Origin: Hemiscyllium ocellatum
Taxonomy: Eukaryota
Length of the DNA stretch: 64,000 nt
Assembly (NCBI RefSeq): GCF_020745735.1
Contig: NC_083439.1
Span: 30,208,596-30,272,595, forward strand
Direction: 5' to 3'
Shown: positions 24,215 to 36,962 of the stretch, piece after piece
Position numbering within the stretch: position 1 is the first letter of the stretch
How the letters are laid out: each line of letters starts with the position of its first letter
Notes under the pieces: model-generated
What the model saw: only the letters and a program-made list of their open reading frames with translations
What the model was told of the DNA's origin: nothing
Database searches by the model: none
Position numbers and translations under genes: made by a program

Positions 24215-25950
24215 GTTGACACAAATGTCCATCCACACTAACCCCATTTCCCTGGACAAGGCCCACAGCTTCCTCATCCTTTCCTATCCACGAATTTGAC
24301 CAAATGTATTTTGAACTTTGTTTCTGTACCTGCTTCAACCACCTCTGCTGGCTTCTTATTCCATATGTAGACCTCCCTCTGTGTGAAATCTTTGCCCCTC
24401 ATGTTCCTTTTCATTCTTTCCCCTCTAACCTGAAACTGGTGCCCTCAAGTCCCTGACTTGACTCCTCAACCCTGGGAAAACGACTGAGTACATTCACCCC
24501 ATCCATGTCTTCGGTAATCTGATACACTTCCATAAGTATCCACCATCCCTCCACACACACTACCTCCATCCCCCAGCTCCTTTGCTCTGAAGAAAGTCAA
24601 AGCTTGTCTGACCTCTCCCTTCTACTCAGACCCTGAATCCTGGCAACATCCTTGTAAATTCCTTCTGCACTCTATCCTGTTTAATAGCATCTTTCCTGTA
24701 GCAAGGTGACCAAAACTGAACACAATACTCCAAGTGCAGCCTCAACAACATTCTGTACACCTGCAACATCACTTCCCAATGTCTGTACTCAGTGCCCTGA
24801 CTGCTGAAGGCCAGTGTGCCAAAAGTCACCTTCACTGCCCTGTGTACCTGTGACTCCACTTTCAGAGAACCATACACCTGAACTCCAAGGTCCCTCTGTT
24901 CAACTACACTCCTTCAGGCCTGAACATTCATCATGAAACTCCTACCTTGATGTGACTTCCCAATTTGTAACACCTCATACTGATCTACGTTGAACTCCAT
25001 TTGCAATTTCTCGGTGCATGTGCCCAGTTGGGAGAAAGTGAGGACGGCAGATGCTGGAGATCAGAGTCGGAAAGAGTGGTGCTGTAAAAGCACAGTCGGT
25101 TAGGCAGCATCTGAGGAACGAGAGAGATAACATTTCAAGCACAAGCTCTTCATCAGGAATGAGGGGGTGCCCCCAGATAAATGGGAGGGGCTGGTGTTGA
25201 GATGAGGGGAAATAAGGAAACTGGTGAAATCGACATTCCAATCACATTGGATCATGGTAACCTCCTTCGCTGACAACTACACCTCCAATTTTGGTGTCAT
25301 CTGCAAACTTACTAATGGTAACTCCTATGTTCACATCCAAATCATTTATACAAATGACAAAAAGCACTGATCCTTATGGCACACCACTGGCCACAGGCCT
25401 CTACTCTGAAAAGCAATCCTCCACCACTACCCTATGTCCTCTACTTTCCAGCCAGTTCTGTATCCACATCCCTGTATTCTATGAGATCTAACCTGGTTAA
25501 CCAATCATCCATGAGGAACCTTGTTGAATACCTTACCGAAGTCCATACAGATCACGTCCACCACACTGCTCTCATCAATCCTCTGTGTTACTTCTTCAAA
25601 AAAGTCAAATAATTTTATGAGAAATGATTTCTCTCCCACAAAGCTATGCCGACTATCCCTAATCAGTCTTTGGCTTACCAAATACATGTAAATTCTATCC
25701 CTCAGGATTCCCTCCTACAACTTGCCCACTACTGATGCCAAGCTCACTAGTCTGTAGTTCCCTGGCTTTTCCTGACCACCTTTCCTAAATAGTGACAACA
25801 CATTAGCCAACGTCCAGTCTTCCGGTAGCTCACCTGCAAATGTTGATGATATAAATTTCTCAGCAAGAGGCCCAACAATCTCTCCCAGAGCTTCCCACAG
25901 AGATCCAGGGTAGACCTGATCAGGTCGTAGGGATTTATACACATTTATGT
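24215..25950 (-). mobile_element. CR1 LINE RT fragment with nested Penelope tail
   Basis: PGNYRLVSL, MDFGKVFNKVPH, LEYCVQFWSP. Confidence 0.86.
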
Positions 25951-25954
25951 AGAA

Positions 25955-26293
25955 TCAAAGATTCACTACAATGTGGAAACAGGCCATTTGGCCCAACAAG
26001 TCCACACTGACCTTCCAAAAGATAACCCACCCAGACTCATTCCCCTCCCCTATTACTCTACATGTCCCCTCACTAATGCATCCAACTTACACATCCCTGA
26101 GGAAAGCTCGCATGGCCAATCCACCGAACCTGCACATCTTTAGATAGTGAGAGGAAACTGGAGCACCCAAAGTAATCCCACACAGACACAAGGAGAATGT
26201 GCACACTCCGCACAGACAGTCACCCGAGACAGGATGCAACCCGGGTCCCTGGTGCTGTGAGGTAGCAGTGCTAACCACTGTGGCACCATGCTG
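25955..26293 (-). mobile_element. HE1-like SINE
   Basis: A box and SINE core; uninterrupted 3' end. Confidence 0.8.
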
Positions 26294-27245
26294 CTCCATC
26301 GTCCCTTTTAGAATGAATGTAAAATTCTCTGAACACCCCGCACCTGCATCTACCTATCACCAACCCAGCTGCCTTGCCCCCATCCCCAAGGCATCTATCT
26401 ATCACAATCCTAGCTACCTTGCCCCCACCCCTAACCTCCTGTTTATCTCTCAGCCCCCTGTCCCAATCCACAATCCTGATGAATGTCTTATACTCAAAAC
26501 CAACTCTCCTGCTCCTCAGATGCTGCATGACCTGCTGTGCTTTTCCAGGGTCACACACTTTGACTGTGATCTCCAGAATCTGCACACCTCACTTTCTCCC
26601 TCAACACCATCCCCCAACAACTCCGCCAGAGCAAGGTCAGCGTGGGACGCGATACATGAGCTTCCTCTGCTCATTTTCACTGAACAGAAAGATGTTGCCA
26701 CACATTTAAACTAAACGTATAGCTACACTGTCTACTTCAAACACTTTCAATCCGGGGACATCACGGAGTTAGAAATAGAGTAAAAGATTCTACTCTCTGT
26801 AACTGAAACTAAAGCTTCTTCTATTCTTGAAAACTGGAAGGAAAGCTGTACCCATCAAAGGCTCCCAGGACACAGACAGCACGAGGTGAAATACAGAGTA
26901 AAACTACCTCTACTCTGTGAATTATAAATAAACTGAAGGTCAAGCTCTCCCTGCATTGTCCCGATCAAACATTCCCCTGACAGGGACATGACAAGTTTAG
27001 ATACAGAATAAAGCTTCGTCCATATTGCCTCCATCAAACACTTCCAGGGGGAGGTGTAATATAAGGTCAATCCCTTTGTTCTACCCAAACCCCATCCTCA
27101 AACAATCTCTCCGTGGGTCTCACTGTCAGTCCCCTTGGGTGAGGGTGGACAGGACCCAGCAGACACCCTCCTGGATCAATGAGCTACGTTTGATGATTGT
27201 CTTCATGCGGCCTTCACCATGACACCTTGTGGAGCTGAATTCAGT

Positions 27246-27408
27246 CAGGTGACAGCACAGCAGCTCCAAATGAAATAGGCCCTCCTCATAATAATTCGAT
27301 GAGTTCAGTCATTGGTGGACATTGTAGAGGTTGGGGCTGGTTGATTGGTTCAATGCTGCTGCTTCTGGTCACATTGGTGTCAGGTGAGTGCAGGTTGTGT
27401 GTATAAAA
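27246..27408 (+). promoter_or_regulatory. Eroded promoter of pseudogene copy 3
   Basis: E-box at 27246 and TATAAAA at 27402-27408 retained; the distal ATTGG is deleted and another is mutated to GTTGG (3 of 5 left). Confidence 0.6.
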
Positions 27409-27453
27409 GGAGTTGGTTGGGGGTGTGTGGGGATGGTTGAGTTGTTTGTGATC

Positions 27454-29087
27454 ATGGGTGATTTTGTAGTGAGGGGTTTGTTCCCTTTGTTGGTGTTAGT
27501 TGGAGCTGTTTGTTGCTCTGAAACATGGCAACAGTTTCTGAGCCAGAGGTTTCCATGGACAATAGTGAGAGCCAGCCCTGTTCCTGAGAGAGTACCTCCT
27601 CATGGGGATCCCATTGGTTCCAGTTTCCGAATGTCTGAGGTTGGGAATGTGTTCCCACTGCAGACTGTGATGGTGCAGTGTGGAGAGCACAACCTGCTGG
27701 TCAGGGCCCAGCTGGATTTATTTGGAAGCAGGCACCTGATTTAAGCTACTGACCTGACCCGACCCGACCCTGGGGACAGCAGATTGTCACCCAACCAGGG
27801 TCTACCCTGAGAACCAGACTGTCCTCTTTGACTATGGGCTGCATGAGTGTGGTAGTAGATTGCAGGTAATGGGGCTGTCTACACTTGCTGGAAGCTTGGG
27901 CTGTACATGGTTCCTGGCTGAGAGATCATTGATATTGAGAAGGACCTTTTGTCTGCTTTCTCAAATCCTCAGTCCAGGTTCCTGTCCTGGCTTAGACTGT
28001 ACCTGAACTGTTCTCCATCTCTCGCCTTGTGCTCCCAATTTAATTGGTTTAGAAGCTTCTGATTACAGGGGTTGTTCTGTTACGATGTATGTTTTGTCAG
28101 TATGAATTGGGTATTACGTGGGGTGGTATTTTGACACTATGAACTTTCTCCAAATCTGGTTCAGTGATTTTCCACAGTGTGGCTTTCAATAGTGATTCTT
28201 TTCTCGATCATGAGGTCACAGGAACATAACTCTCATTGCAGCATAGCCTGGGGCTAGTTTGAGGGAAAGTAGTACCATTCCCATCAGGCAAATTGACTTA
28301 ACCCTCTCCCAGTGGGGGGGATATTTTATGAATAAACTGACTCCTCTTGTCCTTGAGGAGCTCCACATTTGACCTGTTGGCAAGTCTTTTTATTTAATTC
28401 TGGATAATTGTTTTCTCTATTCTTGCTGTGTCTCCTTGCTATTAATCATGCTAGTTATTCTGCTTGCAATCTCTGCACATAATCTGAAGGTTTATTGATA
28501 ACATTGAGAGTTGATGTCCAAAAATCCCTGCAGCCATGTTCCTGTGACAACAATCACCATGTCCCTGCTCCCTCAATATTTATCTCTAACTGTGCCTGGG
28601 AGCCGAACACATCTATCTTTTAACCAACTTTTACATCAGGAATTCCCATCCTGATTACATCACTCCAAATGTCTTAAATTGATCCTAAAAGATTAACCCC
28701 TGACCTGTGACTTTTGCCCTTGCATACTGGTCTATCCAGCTCAGGGTGTGGGAAAGCAGTCTCCTGGCCCTGAGCCTGTCACACTCCCTGAAGAATTGTC
28801 ACAATGGGACGGTGTCATTGTAAACACCGTGTAGATCCTTCTCATTTCAGATCAGCCTTTTATTCCTTAACCTGGTGTCTTCCAGATGACTGGAGATTTC
28901 TGGGTCTACACCACCCACCTGACCCAATCCCAAACTATCCTGAATCGGTCATTGTGAGAACCGATGGTGCTGTTGTTCCCATTGAATATCGTTATTTGGG
29001 GTGAGAATCTTTACTCGATTGTCAGTATAATCCCTTGCTGCTGTTGTCTGACACTGTCCTAAAATGGCTGCCTGTCTCCTTCCCCCC
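27454..29087 (+). pseudogene. ZP3-like copy 3, truncated pseudogene (exons 1-2 only)
   Basis: Exon 1 (27454-27865) has AAA>TAA at 27742-27744 and a 10-nt GACCCGACCC insertion (27761-27770). Exon 2 (28886-29000) is 1 nt short and has Cys>Tyr (IEYRY). Homology stops in the intron-2 pyrimidine tract at ~29087, where a CR1 fragment begins. Confidence 0.92.
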
Positions 29088-30960
29088 AATGACTGACTCC
29101 ACAACTGCTGCTGGCAACACATTCCATGCTCTCCAATTCTCTAAAGAATCCATCTCTGACATCCCCTCTATACTTTCCTCCAACCAGCTTAAAACTATGA
29201 CCACTTGTGTTAGTCATTTCTGCCCTGGGAAATAGAGTTGTTAGCCAGAGACTATCTATGCCACATTATCTGGTATACCTCAATAAGGTCCCCTCTTCTC
29301 CAATGAAAAACATCCAAGCTCAGTCAGTCAACCTCTCCTCATAAGTCAAGCCCTCCAGTCCAGGCAGCATCCTGGTAAACCTCCTCTGAACTCACTCCAA
29401 AGCATCCACATCTTTCCTATAATAGGGCAACCAGGACAGGACGCATTATTCAAAGTGTGGTCTAACCAAAGTTCTATAGAGCTGCAACAAGATCTCAACT
29501 CAAACTCAATCCCCCTGTTAAGCAAGATGTTTTGGCTTTCATTAACAACCCTGGCCACTTGGGTGGCTATTTTAAGGGATCTATGTACTTGCACCCCAAG
29601 ATCCCTGTTCCTCCACACTGCCAAGAATCCTATCCTCAATCCTGTACTCTGCTTTCAAATTCGACCTTCCAAAATGCATCACCTCATTTATCCAATTTGA
29701 ACTCCATCTGCCACCTCTCAGCCCATCTCTGCGTCCTGTCAATGTCTCACTGCAGCCTACAACAGCCCTCTATACTGACAATGACACCTCCAACCTTTGT
29801 CATCTGCAAACTTGCTGACCCATCCTTCAATCCCCTCATCCAAGTCATTTTAAAAAATTACAAACAATAGCAGCCCAAGGACAGAGCCCTGTGTAACACC
29901 ACTCACCACAGACTTCCAGGCAGAATATTTTCCTTCTACTACCACTCGGTGTCTTCTGTTGGCCAGCCAATTCTGTATCCAGACAGCTATGTTCCCCAAA
30001 TCCCATTCCTTCTGAATGAGCCTACCATGGGGAACCTTATCAAATACCTTACTGAAGTCCATATACACTGCATCCACAGATCGACCCCCTGTGACTTTTC
30101 TAGTCAAAGAACTAAGGTTTGTGAGGCATGACCTGCCCCTCAAAAGCTGTGTTGACTGCATTTAATCAAGCCATGCTCTTCCAGATGGTCACTACAAAGT
30201 TTCTTTTGTAAAGACAGAAGCAAAAAAACTCATTTAGGGCTTCCCGCATCTCCTCAGACTCCCCACACAGATTCCCTATGCTATCCCTGATCGGCCCTAC
30301 TCTTTCTTTGACCATTCACTTATTCCTCACATGTGTAAAATGCCTTTGTGTTCTCCCTAATCTGTTCTGCCAAGCTTTTCTTGTGCCCTCTCCTGGCTCT
30401 CCTCAGCCCACTTTTAAGCTCCTTCCTCGCCTGCCTGTAATTCTGTAGAGCTGAGCTTCCCCATTAAATATCCTCCCATTTTGCCTAATCCTCTCCTTCT
30501 CCATAGCTATGGAGAATGTGAGGCAGTTGTGGTCACTATCACCAAAATGCTCTCCCATCACAATCTCATACCTGTCCCGGCTCGCTTCTGAGCACCAAGT
30601 CTAGAAGCGTCTCTCCCCTCGTTGGCCTGTCAACGTACTGAGTTAGGAAACCCTCCTGAACACCTTACAAAAACAGCTCCATTCAAATCTTCAGCTCAAA
30701 GGAGATTCCAATCAATATTGGGAAAGTTAAAGTCACCCATTATAACAACCCTACTATGTCCACACTTTTCCAAAATCTGCTGACCTATGCTTTCTTCCAT
30801 CTCCCTGCTGCTATGGGGGGGGGGGGGGGGGGGGGGCAGGGAAAGAGGGGGCTGTAGTGAACCCCTAAAGAGGTGACTGCTCCCTTGCTGTTCCTAATTT
30901 CCACCCATACCAACTCAGTAGGCAGATCTTCCTCAACAATGGAAGCTTCAGTAGCTGCCA
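29088..30960 (-). mobile_element. CR1 LINE of a different subfamily, internally deleted, at the inversion junction
   Basis: VWVEIRNSKG (APE), RSCLTNL, YMDFSKVFDKVPH, GVTQGSVLGLLLF, RDLGVQVHRSLK; single copy in the window. Confidence 0.85.
30815..30836 (+). repeat. Poly-G run (22 nt)
   Basis: Read directly from the sequence. Confidence 0.95.
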
Positions 30961-31407
30961 TACCTGCTATGACATTCCCATTGCTCAATCCCTCACTATT
31001 AACATCCTGTGGCTTCTGTCTCGGCTGGGATTTGTTGCCTGTCCCTAGTTGCCCTTTGATTGGTTTGTTCAGCTATTTCAGAATCAGTGACATTGCTGTG
31101 GGTCTGGAGTCACATTTAGGCCAGACCAGGTCAAGATGATAGATTTCCTTCCCTGATGGGAAGGGTGAATGAGATGCGATTTTATGAAAGATTAGTTTCA
31201 CAATTACTGAGATTAGATATTTTCAAAATAAAACACAAATCCATTAGCAATTACAATCAGATTTGAGCCCCCAGCTCACTGAATTCCTGTCTCAGTAACA
31301 TTACCATGATGCCACTTGTTCCACCCACCTGTAGACATAAGCCTGAGCCTAAGACAGATGGCTCAGTGATAGGCATTAGTGTCAAAGAATCCTCAGTTTA
31401 ATTCAGT

Positions 31408-31690
31408 GAATCCCTACAGTGTGGAAACAGGCCATTCAGTCCAACAATTCCATTCTGAAAGGTCAGCCACTCAGACCTTTACACTACATTGAACACTGAT
31501 GCTCCATCCAACCTCCACATCTCTAATAACTATGGTCAATTTAGCATAGCCAGCTCACCTAACCTGCACATCTTTGGATTGTGGGAGGAAACCCACACAG
31601 AACTCCATGTAGATAAATTGCCCAAGGATCAAACCTATGTCCCTGGTGCAGTGACATAGGTACTAACTACTGTGACACCATCCTACCCAA
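31408..31690 (-). mobile_element. HE1-like SINE, uninterrupted (empty site for the 2.8-kb CR1); paralog ~51868-52170
   Basis: Contiguous AACCTGCACATCTTTGGATTGTGGGAGG where class A units carry the CR1. Confidence 0.75.
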
Positions 31691-32234
31691 GCGAGTGTAG
31701 GAAAAGTCTCTGAAAAGACAGTTCACTGTTTATGATGGATGTGACTCTTGAAAGATGAGCAGTGTCTGTCCACTGATGCAGCCTGACTACCTGAGATTTT
31801 CCAGCATACTGTGGTTTCAGATATTGCGCAGTATTTTCCTTTTAGTCCTGAGTGCAAATTCATTCCAGTCTTCAGCATGTGACACTGCTGTGGTTTTAAG
31901 AACCACATTTTGTCCTTATGACGAGAGGCTTTGAGGCAAAGGTGGAGAGCAATCTATTGAAAACCAGTAAGAATATACAGCATGAGGTCTTGGGTTATAG
32001 AGAAATTGGAACTATAGAAGCAGCCTGAATGGGTGTGGTCAAGCTTCCAGAACCAGAATGCATAGTTTCCCCCTTGCAGCAGTTGCTGCTGGGACCTTGC
32101 AATGGAAGCTATTTCCACACATCTCCCCACCCCAGTCACAGATAAAAGCTAAGGTGAGGGGGTACTCTCAGTCAGAGTTGCAAGAGACAATATATTTATA
32201 AATTTGCATTTTGTCAAGGGGTCAGTTTCCCAAC

Positions 32235-33010
32235 AATGCCTACAGTGGACCAGTGAGAAAGTGGGGACTGCTGATCAGAGTCAAAGTGTTGGGAAAGCAA
32301 AGCCAGTCAGGCAACATCCAAGGGGAACAGTCAACATTTCAAGCAGAAGCTTGACACCAGGGATGTGGGAGGAGGGGTTCCAGGGGATGAGATAAGTGGG
32401 ACATGGTAGGGCTGGAGGGAAAGGTAACTGGGAATATGATGTGGGTTGTGATGGTGCTAAGTCACTGTGGAGATGTCAAAGATATTTGACAGTTTAGAAA
32501 GGGCAGTGCTGAGTTAGAGCATTGGATCTGGGAATAAACTGGGGAAGGGAGTTCAAAAGTGATGAAATCTACATGGATCCCATCAGTTTGGAGGGTACCA
32601 AAGATGGAAGATGGTGCTCATCCTCCAGTTGGGTGGATGGAGTTTGATGGCAGTGGCAACTGAGGACATGCATGTCCTTGGCAGAGTGGGAGGGGAGTTG
32701 GGGTGTTCACCCACAGGGTGCTGAGGTTAATTATGTGTCCCAGAGATATTCTGCAGGCTGGTGAAACAACCTGTCAGAGCAAAGAGGTAGCCCTGGGCAC
32801 CTGCATAGGCACCAGCTCTGACTGCCTCTGTTAGGGACAAAGTTAATCTTTTGCAGTGACACTAATACCATTACACATCTTGCCCTCTATTGCATGATGA
32901 TTATAACAATCTTGTGCACCCCCAAGGAGGGAGAACAGTTCAGTGTTTCCTGTAGGAGGAAATGGAAGGTGTAGAAAGTGGGGAAGTAGATAGGAGGTGG
33001 TGTTTGATGT
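32235..33010 (-). mobile_element. Penelope-like remnant (class B flank); paralog ~52750-53230
   Basis: Reverse complement resembles 5640-6345, with a decayed HHR at ~32330-32365. Confidence 0.6.
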
Positions 33011-33491
33011 CTAAAACCACGTCCCTGATCCTGGAGGGGTGAGCAGTTTAAATTCAGCTCTGAATAGAACATCAGTTGGAAATCCAAATACTGTAGAGGT
33101 CAAAAATCAGAGGGATAACAGTCCACAGACAACAGGACAGCCAGCATCTCAGGAGATGGTAACATTGGGAATCCACATGCACACTAGTGAAGAGAATCAG
33201 AACAGACTAGAAACATCAACTGTTTCTCACTCAGACACGGCCACATTTGAGCAGTTCCTCCAGCACATTCTGCTAACAGTGATTTAATCAGAATGGACAG
33301 CCCCTTTCCAAGGTGGTCATCAATCCCCTGTACTCAGTGGAAGGAGCAAACAATGTCTTCCATAACCTAATCATTCAGGAAGCTCAATTCATGGACTAAA
33401 GAGCTCAACACAGGGATTGTACCCAGGAATATTTTAAAGAAAGGATGCAGAAACAAACCAGCTCCAGACAGAAGAGACCATGAATCACTGC

Positions 33492-33497
33492 TTTACT
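33492..33497 (-). terminator. Variant polyadenylation signal AGTAAA, copy 4
   Basis: TTTACT on the + strand where the other copies have TTTATT. Confidence 0.6.
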
Positions 33498-33508
33498 GAC
33501 TATTTCAA

Positions 33509-36500
33509 TCACCAGTTGATGGGTGTTTGCTTGTGTCTCCTGTACAGGAGGAAGGCCAGCAATGAAGCAGAGATCAGACAAACAGCTGTCACAGTCAGGA
33601 CCACCGTCACAACCAGCTCTGACTCCACACCTACAAAACAAGGAGAAACCAGTTGTTACTGAGGGAAAACAGGGACAGAAAGGGAAACTAGCAGGCAGCC
33701 AACTCACCACTTGGAGACCTCTCCTGCATCCTTCCATCACCCTCAGTCAGGGGCTGCGTTGCCATGTTGGTCAGCTCAGTATCCAGAATGATCAGGGGGC
33801 CAAGTGAGGCCTCCTCCTCCCACTCCAATCCAGCTTCACTCTCTGAAAGATCAAACTACAGTTAGGGAGGGGGTGGTGAGGAGATGGGGTGAGAGGAGAT
33901 CCCCAGCATGTAGAGGGCAGTGTCCTACCAGCTTCAGGGCCAAGGTCTCTCCTTCCTCTGAAAGGGATCAGGATCTCCCTTGTGCTCCCACAATTCCCCA
34001 CATGGCAACAGGCACAAATGTCACTGTCTGACCCCTCCAATGGGCTCCAGCTAGACAAGAGAAACAGCCCATCAACCACATGGTGCATCACCTCTCCCAA
34101 CAACATCCCTGAGGGACAGGGAGAGGGAACTTACATACGCTCCAGCTTCTGGAAAGTACAAGCTTTGTTCCTGGAATCTCTCTGATCCACTGCAGCAACT
34201 CTCAGGTGACAGGTGATGAATATCTGAGGGACACAGAACAAGTCAGTGTTTAGTGACTCCCTCCCCAATGTGGAGAAGCACATCAGCAGCTTCCTCTTAC
34301 CAAGGAACGCTCATCTCCATAGAAACGGAAGGCATCCAGGTCAAACCGGAGCTTGTCCGACTCCCTCCCATCTCTGGGCAACACAAAGGTTGAAAAGGAG
34401 TCCTCAGCTTTGCTGTCCAGGAGGCAACTGCAGATGGACAAAGGGCCATGAAGTGAATGGAGTGAAGCCATTGAGATGGGAGCAGCTGGAGAAAGCAGAG
34501 AGCTCCTTACCCATTGTAGTCAATGATGCTGTATCTCGGGGTGGAGTCCTTGTCTGGGCTCAGTGTAGCTACACAGCGATCAATGTACAGCTTCAGGGAC
34601 ACATGGTTGGCCATTGAAACAGATGCCTCAATGTGAATGAGGTCTCCCAGGAAGTAGACAGTGGAAGTGTGCTCTGTAAGCCAATCACCTGAAGTACAGC
34701 AAGACAAGGGTTGGAGCCAATGGATACAACTCCCAGAGAGAGCCATCAGGAGATCCCTCCCCAGTCACCCATCACATACCATTCATTAGACGCAGGGAGA
34801 ATGACAGATGCCCTTCTCCAGACCTGGTGGAGCTGAATGGGATCCAGGTGGGCTTGATGGGATTGCTGCTCACATTGCCCTTCCTGGGGGGGGAAAGGAG
34901 ACAGGGCAGCCATTTTAGGACAGTGTCAGAAACAGCAGCAAGGGATCATCCTGACAACTGAGTATGAGGTTCTCACCTCAAATAACGACATTCAATGGGA
35001 ACAACAGCTCCATTGGTTCTCACAATGACAGATCCAGGATAGTTTGGGATGTGGGTCAGGTGGGTGGTGTAGATCAGAAAATCTTCAGTCATCTGAAAGA
35101 CACCAGTTTAAGGAATGAGACTGATCTGAATTGATAAGGATCTACAGTGTTTACAATGACACCGTCCCATTGTGACAATTCTTCAGGGAGTGCGACAAGC
35201 TCAGGGACAGGAGACTGCTTTCCCACACCCTGAGCTGGAGAGACCAGTATTCAAAGGCAACAGGTCAGGGGTTAGTCATTTAGGATCAACTTAACAAGGT
35301 ATTACATCATTCCAAAATCAGGATGGGAATTCCTGATGCAAGAGTTGCTTCAAAAGATGTGTTGGGCTCCCAGGCAGAGTTAGAGATAAATATTGATGGA
35401 ACTGGGACAAGGTGGTTAGCACTGCTGCCTCACAGCACCAGAGACCTGGGTTCAGGCAAGTTTGCACACTCATGTCTGCATGGGTTTCCTCCCACAATGC
35501 AAATAAAGTGCAGGTTAGGTGAATTGGCTATGCTAAATTGCCAATGTTAGGTGAAGGGGTAGATGTAGGGGAATGGGAATGGGTCTGGGTGGGTCATGTT
35601 TCAGCATGGACTTGGGCTGAAGGGCCTGTTTCCACATTAAGTAATCTAATTTAAAAAAGTGGTGATTGTTATCACAGGAACAAGGCTGCAGGGATCTTTG
35701 ACATCAACTCAATGTTATGAAACCTTCAGATTATGAGCAGAGATAACTAGCAGAAAACCACAAGATTAATAGCAAGGAGACATGAGGAGAGAAAACAATA
35801 ATTAACCAGAATTAAATAAGTAGTTAACAGGTGAAATGTAGAGCTCCTCAAGGAGGGGGAGTCAACTTATTGATCAAATAGCCCTCAGTGGGAGGGAATC
35901 AAGTCAATTTGCCTTATGGGACGAGAACTACATTCCCTTAAACTGGCCACAGGCCATGATGCAATGAGTTGTGTTCCTGTGACCTCACTATTGAGAGAAG
36001 AATCACTATCAAAAACCACTGTGGAAGGTCACTGAACCAAATTTGGAGAAAGTTCATAGTATCATAACACCCCCCTCAAACCACCACACGATACCCAATT
36101 CACACTGACAATATACATAACAGAACAACCCTGTAATCAGGGGATTCTACACCAATGAGAATGGGAGCACAAGGTTAGAGATAGAGAACAGTTCAGGTAC
36201 AGACAATCCAGGAGAGGAACTTGGGCTAAGGATTTGAGAAAGCAGGAGAATCATCCTTCTCAGTATCAATGATCTCAGCCAGGAACACAATCTACAGCCC
36301 AAGCTTCCAGCAAGTGTAGACAACCCCCATTACCTGCAATCTACTACCACACTTATGCAGCCCATAGTCAAAGAGGACAGTCTGGTTCTCAGGGTCAACC
36401 CTGGTTGGCTGACAACCTGCTGTCCCCAGGGTCAGGTCAGCAGCTTTAATCAGGTGCCTGGTTCCAAATAAATCCAGCTGGGTCCTAACCAGCAGGTTGT

Positions 36501-36735
36501 GCTCTCCACACTGCACCATCACAGTCTGCAGTGGGGACACACTCCCAACCTCAGACATTCGGAAACTGGAACCAATGGGACCCCCATGAGGAGGCACTCT
36601 CTCAGGAACAGGACTGGCTCTCACTATTGTCCATGGAAACCTCTGGCTCAGAAACTGTTGCCATGTTTCAGAGCAACAGACAGTTCCAACTAACACCAAC
36701 AAAGGAAACAAACCCCTCACTACAAAATCACCCAT
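33509..36735 (-). CDS. ZP3: ZP3-like glycoprotein, copy 4, intact, 9 exons, 464 aa
   Basis: Exons (5'->3') 36735-36334, 35092-34977, 34883-34780, 34688-34511, 34427-34301, 34223-34135, 34050-33929, 33842-33708, 33630-33509. Canonical splice sites, same exon lengths as copy 1, furin site RGRR, TM present. Confidence 0.92.
35410..35658 (+). mobile_element. 5'-truncated SINE in intron 1 of copy 4 (also ~55650-55900 in copy 6)
   Basis: GGTTAGCACTGCTGCCTCACAG...TAATCTAAT-A tail; TGGTG direct repeat in copy 6 (55648-55652, 55902-55906); absent from copies 1-3. Confidence 0.8.
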
Positions 36736-36780
36736 GATCACAAACAACTCAACCATCCCCACACACCCCCAACCAGCTCC

Positions 36781-36962
36781 TTTTATACACACAACCTGCA
36801 CTCACCTGACACCAATGTGACCAGAAGCAGCAACATTGAACCAATCAACCAGCCCCAATCTCTACAATTTCCACCAATGATTGAACTCATCGAGTTATTA
36901 CCAGGAGGGCCTATTTCATTTGGACCAATAGGAGTGTCTGTGAGCTGCTGTGCTGTCACCTG
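36781..36962 (-). promoter_or_regulatory. ZP3 copy 4 proximal promoter
   Basis: TTTTATA at 36781-36787; five CCAAT on the + strand; distal E-box CACCTG at 36957-36962. Confidence 0.72.

Larger units (their letters stand above)
1..27900 (+). repeat. Direct segmental duplication, ~12.4-12.7 kb period (units 1-3)
   Basis: Homologous ORF offsets: 142/12558, 2178/14849/27388, 8123/20712. Confidence 0.95.

Noticed and set aside
1-25000. Units 1 and 2 as an assembly artefact (haplotype duplication)
   Set aside because: They differ by private TE insertions, a ~255-bp deletion at ~960, two micro-inversions and about 14 amino acids, which is more consistent with paralogs. Not fully excludable without reads.
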